DNA of 64,000 bases from Lingula anatina (taxonomy: Eukaryota > Animalia > Brachiopoda): contig CM120645.1 of NCBI GenBank assembly GCA_051362555.1, positions 22,568,001 to 22,632,000 of the forward strand. The letters run 5' to 3'. The notes under the pieces were generated by a model that worked only from the letters and a program-made list of their open reading frames with translations, ran no database searches and was not told the origin of the DNA. Positions 60,501 through 64,000 of this stretch are shown piece by piece (the stretch's first letter is position 1; the number at the start of each line of letters is the position of its first letter). The translations under genes and the position numbers were made by a program.

Positions 60501-62629
60501 CATGCAATTCCATTGAATCTTTCAGCCACGTGTGCGTCTCAAACGGCCTTCAATATTCAACAGTTTGCTGCACTTTCCCACAGGCACACAAAAGATGAAA
60601 ACATATATTCGGTTAGTAAAATCTGTAACGGAAAATTGCGGTTTAAGCCCATGAACATAAAAATACAGATTATAGAATATTTATTGAAAACACGTGAAAC
60701 ACGTGCAAAGCTAACTTTCGTAATGAAATCCGGATTAAGTTTTTGCTGGACATCCTATCGTTATATTACCCCGACGCATGTATTTTGAGATTATGTTAAT
60801 TTTCACTACATCATAGTAGCCTCCAGGGGGCGGTGGTGTGTGCTATAGAGATGATGGTCGTTGCTGAAATATTCACTTCCAATTTCAGACGTCTCACTAT
60901 GTAAAACGTGCAGATGACACCGCTTTGCGAGTTCGCTGGAGTGGTAGCATGTATGGAAAAGGCGACCAGAAATGCAGCAGATGGTACTTTAAGTTTAACG
61001 GCGTGGAATGCTCCAATCCCGGGCCCCTAGAGTGGGTGATGCATATTCATGGTGGTCACGTACCTAAGGTCCAACGTGGGTTCGCATGTAAGTTAAAATG
61101 GGGAGATATGTCAATGACGTTTGGTCAATTATATGTTTATTAGGCAGTAAATTTCACTCTGATGTTCCTTTTTTGTAGGACTATCGTATAAGATGTTGTT
61201 TGGTCAGATGAATGGTACCTGTGATGAAGTTTCTGATTATTGATATGTACCAAAATCCTACCGATATGACCGTTAGATTGTTTAATGTCAGCAGAATTTT
61301 ATGATCTCTCTTTAACAACAACATATGTACATGTAGTAAGGCAAGCTGATGCTACTTACACCTATCTGTTATTCAAATCTGTAAACTCGATGGCGTCTGT
61401 GAATAAACATAGCACCACGTAACTTCGATATCTTATGTTGATATGTGGATTTCAGTTAATGGGATATGTGAAGATATTGGTTCTGGAACCATTGTGATAA
61501 CATTACATGTGGGAATCTGTTCTAGCACAAGTCACTCTGCCTACAATGCACAGACAGGTATGACCTTACGAATTGATTTCGCCCGTCATTCACGTACCTT
61601 GCTTTCGTTTTTTATTGGTGGTTACTGTTTGTACGACTAGAAATTTATCCTCAGCTGGCTGCCTACTTTTATCGCATTATATTACAGGAATGTTCTGAAA
61701 ATGACTGACATTTTGTAACAGTTTATTTGAGAAAATCAAATTTCTCTGAGAGACCATTTTATATCCAGTTACATTTAAGTGACACTCGATCCTATCTCTA
61801 TCACCGACATACACACCCATACACCCATGCATAATGTTGTTTAATATGGAATTTTGTTCGTAGGTTGGAAAACCACAACTTATCTTATAGTGGAAGAGAC
61901 AAGACTTGGACAAGATATCAGTGCAGGTTGGAAATTTAGAAGAAATAAAATCATGACATGGGTTCTTCACTTGTTATTAGACACTTACATATAATTATAC
62001 AGTCCGTCCCTCTACGTATATTACCTTAATGCTCTTTGTAGATGTATTTTATATTTGGTTTGAATCATATCATCATATTCTTTAAATGTGTTACAGTTCT
62101 TGCTGCCGATGGGACCACCATCCGATTGCCGTTCTATAACCGCGTGCAAGGCTACTGGGGTAATTTAAGAGCCGCTGCTGATACAGGGGTTCTTCGGGTA
62201 CGTTACAAATTATTTTACACTTAGTGAAACACTGCACAGTTACACTTCTGTGTTACTGAATTCTACACACACAATTCCGTATGTGTATTTTGCCTTGCGA
62301 ACAAGCATTGCCTGTTATTTTCAAACGATCAAGACTAGTAAAACGGTCTCTCTCGTCATGATCGAACCCTTAGGATCCTTGTTAAGGGCATCAGTGTGTC
62401 TTTACAAAGACTTAAAATGAACACATTAAGTATTGTAACGATTTGGTAATTAAGTTGCTGCATTGAAAGGATTCTTCATATTTCCTATTGCACTTGACAT
62501 CGAATGCGGTCAACGTAGACCTGTGCCATCAGGAATTTGGCTTCTACATGCTATAATAACCTCGACTTACGAGTGCAGTTAGTTATATTTCAACTATCTC
62601 AGCCAATGAATCTGCTGGTTTCATGGTTA

Positions 62630-62682
<53 letters not shown>

Positions 62683-63762
62683 GAGAAAAATGTTGGGTGC
62701 ATAGCTAATGTGAACCAAAAGCAGGGCGTTGCATTTGATATAATTGGTGGATTGGTTATATCTAACACATTGCATTATTTTTTCTTTTATCTTCTTTGCG
62801 TTTATTGCAGTCTATGACCTATAACAAAAAGTCAAGCTCCAGTGGAATCCATGTCATTTGGAGTGTCAACGTGCGGAATCAGGCACACAACACCTGTGCC
62901 AAATGGTCCGTTACATTTAACGGTGCTCAGTGCTCCAATCCTGGGAGTATTGAAAATATCATCTATACGCATGACATGGATACTGCAGCAACCGTGAGTT
63001 GGAATCTCCCTGGAATTGGTAAGACATAATGATTCTATGATAGTATACGCTAGACCTCGTAGAATGCCACATCGGGGCAGTGCATGGTCCCATACACTGT
63101 AAGACTACTAGCAAAACCACGTATTATTGGTCATGAGTAGATGTATAATTTACTCTGGCGTACTGGTAATACAAGCTAAAAGAGCTCATGGATTTTGAAT
63201 TGATAGCATGATTTCAAATTCAAACATCTTTCTTTTTATACATAGATTTTAAGCCGAGTGGGACAGTGCACCGATAATCTATACTAAATTCATTGTATGT
63301 ATGATTAACAGTGGCGGATTTAGGTGGGGTGTCAGGGAATCCTGACCCCCTCCCCCACCCCCTTGCGATTTCTGATAAAGGAAAAACGCACCCAAAACGT
63401 CTAACTGAATCATAGTTCTAAACCGTACCAAATGGCGCCATTTGCCCTCCAAATTACAATTTTAGGGGTCCCGAACCTGACGCCAAGGGGGTGAGGGTCG
63501 GCCTCGCAATCCGAGGCCTGTCAAAAACCTGCCCTGAAAAACCGGACCCCTCCCCCTTCAAAATATTCTGGATCCGCCCCTGATGAATGTCATATGTTTC
63601 TTGTTTCTTCCAGTGGATGGCATATGCTTTGGAATCGGGCGCGGTGACGTAACCATTGCTTTGGAAGTTGGTGCGTGTCCTTCGTATCCAGGACACAATG
63701 CATATACCGGCATGGGATCTGGTACCTTCCTCATGGTGGAAGAGGTATTTCGTGGAGTCTAA
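57541..63762 (+). CDS. Secreted PAN/apple + EGF-like + 3x CTHRC1 C-terminal-domain protein, paralogue B (596 aa)
   Basis: Exons 57541-57876, 58051-58156, 59258-59349, 59746-59944, 60089-60238, 60526-60611, 60889-61087, 61456-61557, 61864-61926, 62097-62197, 62811-63018, 63614-63762. All 12 exon lengths and phases are identical to paralogue A, with no stops or frameshifts. TATAAAA at about 57317 and AATAAA at 63852-63857. Confidence 0.88.
63309..63582 (+). mobile_element. hAT-like MITE (different internal sequence)
   Basis: TIRs CAGTGGCGGAT / ATCCGCCCCTG; flanks ATTAA / ATGAA. Confidence 0.75.
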
Positions 63763-64000
63763 CAGAAGACCAAAATCTACGATTTTGTAGCTTTAGCCAA
63801 AGGTTCGCAAGAGAAACTCTGTAGATACACAGAAAATGCCCTTACTTTACCAATAAAAAGGTCACCTTTGAACCTTTACAAAGAAAACAATCTCTGGTGT
63901 TTTGGATAATTGGAGCATCTTTTGCATGTTCGGGTGTGTTTTGTCTTTTTCGGGAGTGGTGTGCGATTTATATGCTGTAACATAAATATGATAAGAGTAC

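Noticed and set aside
44719-63762. Calling the tandem genes CTHRC1 orthologues, or treating them as an assembly duplication
   Set aside because: They lack the collagen repeat and have a different architecture; their introns and insertions differ extensively, so they are true paralogues.

Overview
AT-rich, intron-rich animal genomic DNA, most likely a marine invertebrate bilaterian; the phylum cannot be fixed from sequence alone. The six-frame ORF track mostly shows exon fragments, so genes were reassembled by hand across GT-AG junctions. Five intact genes were found: (1) a neuroglian/L1CAM-family gene (+, 24 coding exons, 6 Ig + 5 FN3 + TM + FIGQY tail); (2) CFAP100/CCDC37 (-, 16 coding exons); (3) AMDHD1 imidazolonepropionase (+, 8 exons), head-to-head with CFAP100; (4-5) two tandem 12-exon paralogues encoding a secreted protein with signal peptide, PAN/apple domain, EGF-like module and three tandem CTHRC1 C-terminal domains, with no collagen repeat. 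The two paralogues keep near-identical frameworks but differ in clusters at the same loop positions of each CTHRC1-type domain. This suggests a single-chain pseudo-trimeric, diversifying recognition-protein family, and it is the most interesting signal in the window (function is inference). Introns carry a 3-kb foldback element with satellite-like arms, Harbinger-type MITEs, hAT-like MITEs with 5-bp TSDs, a MULE-like element, a decayed Gypsy integrase and several minisatellites.
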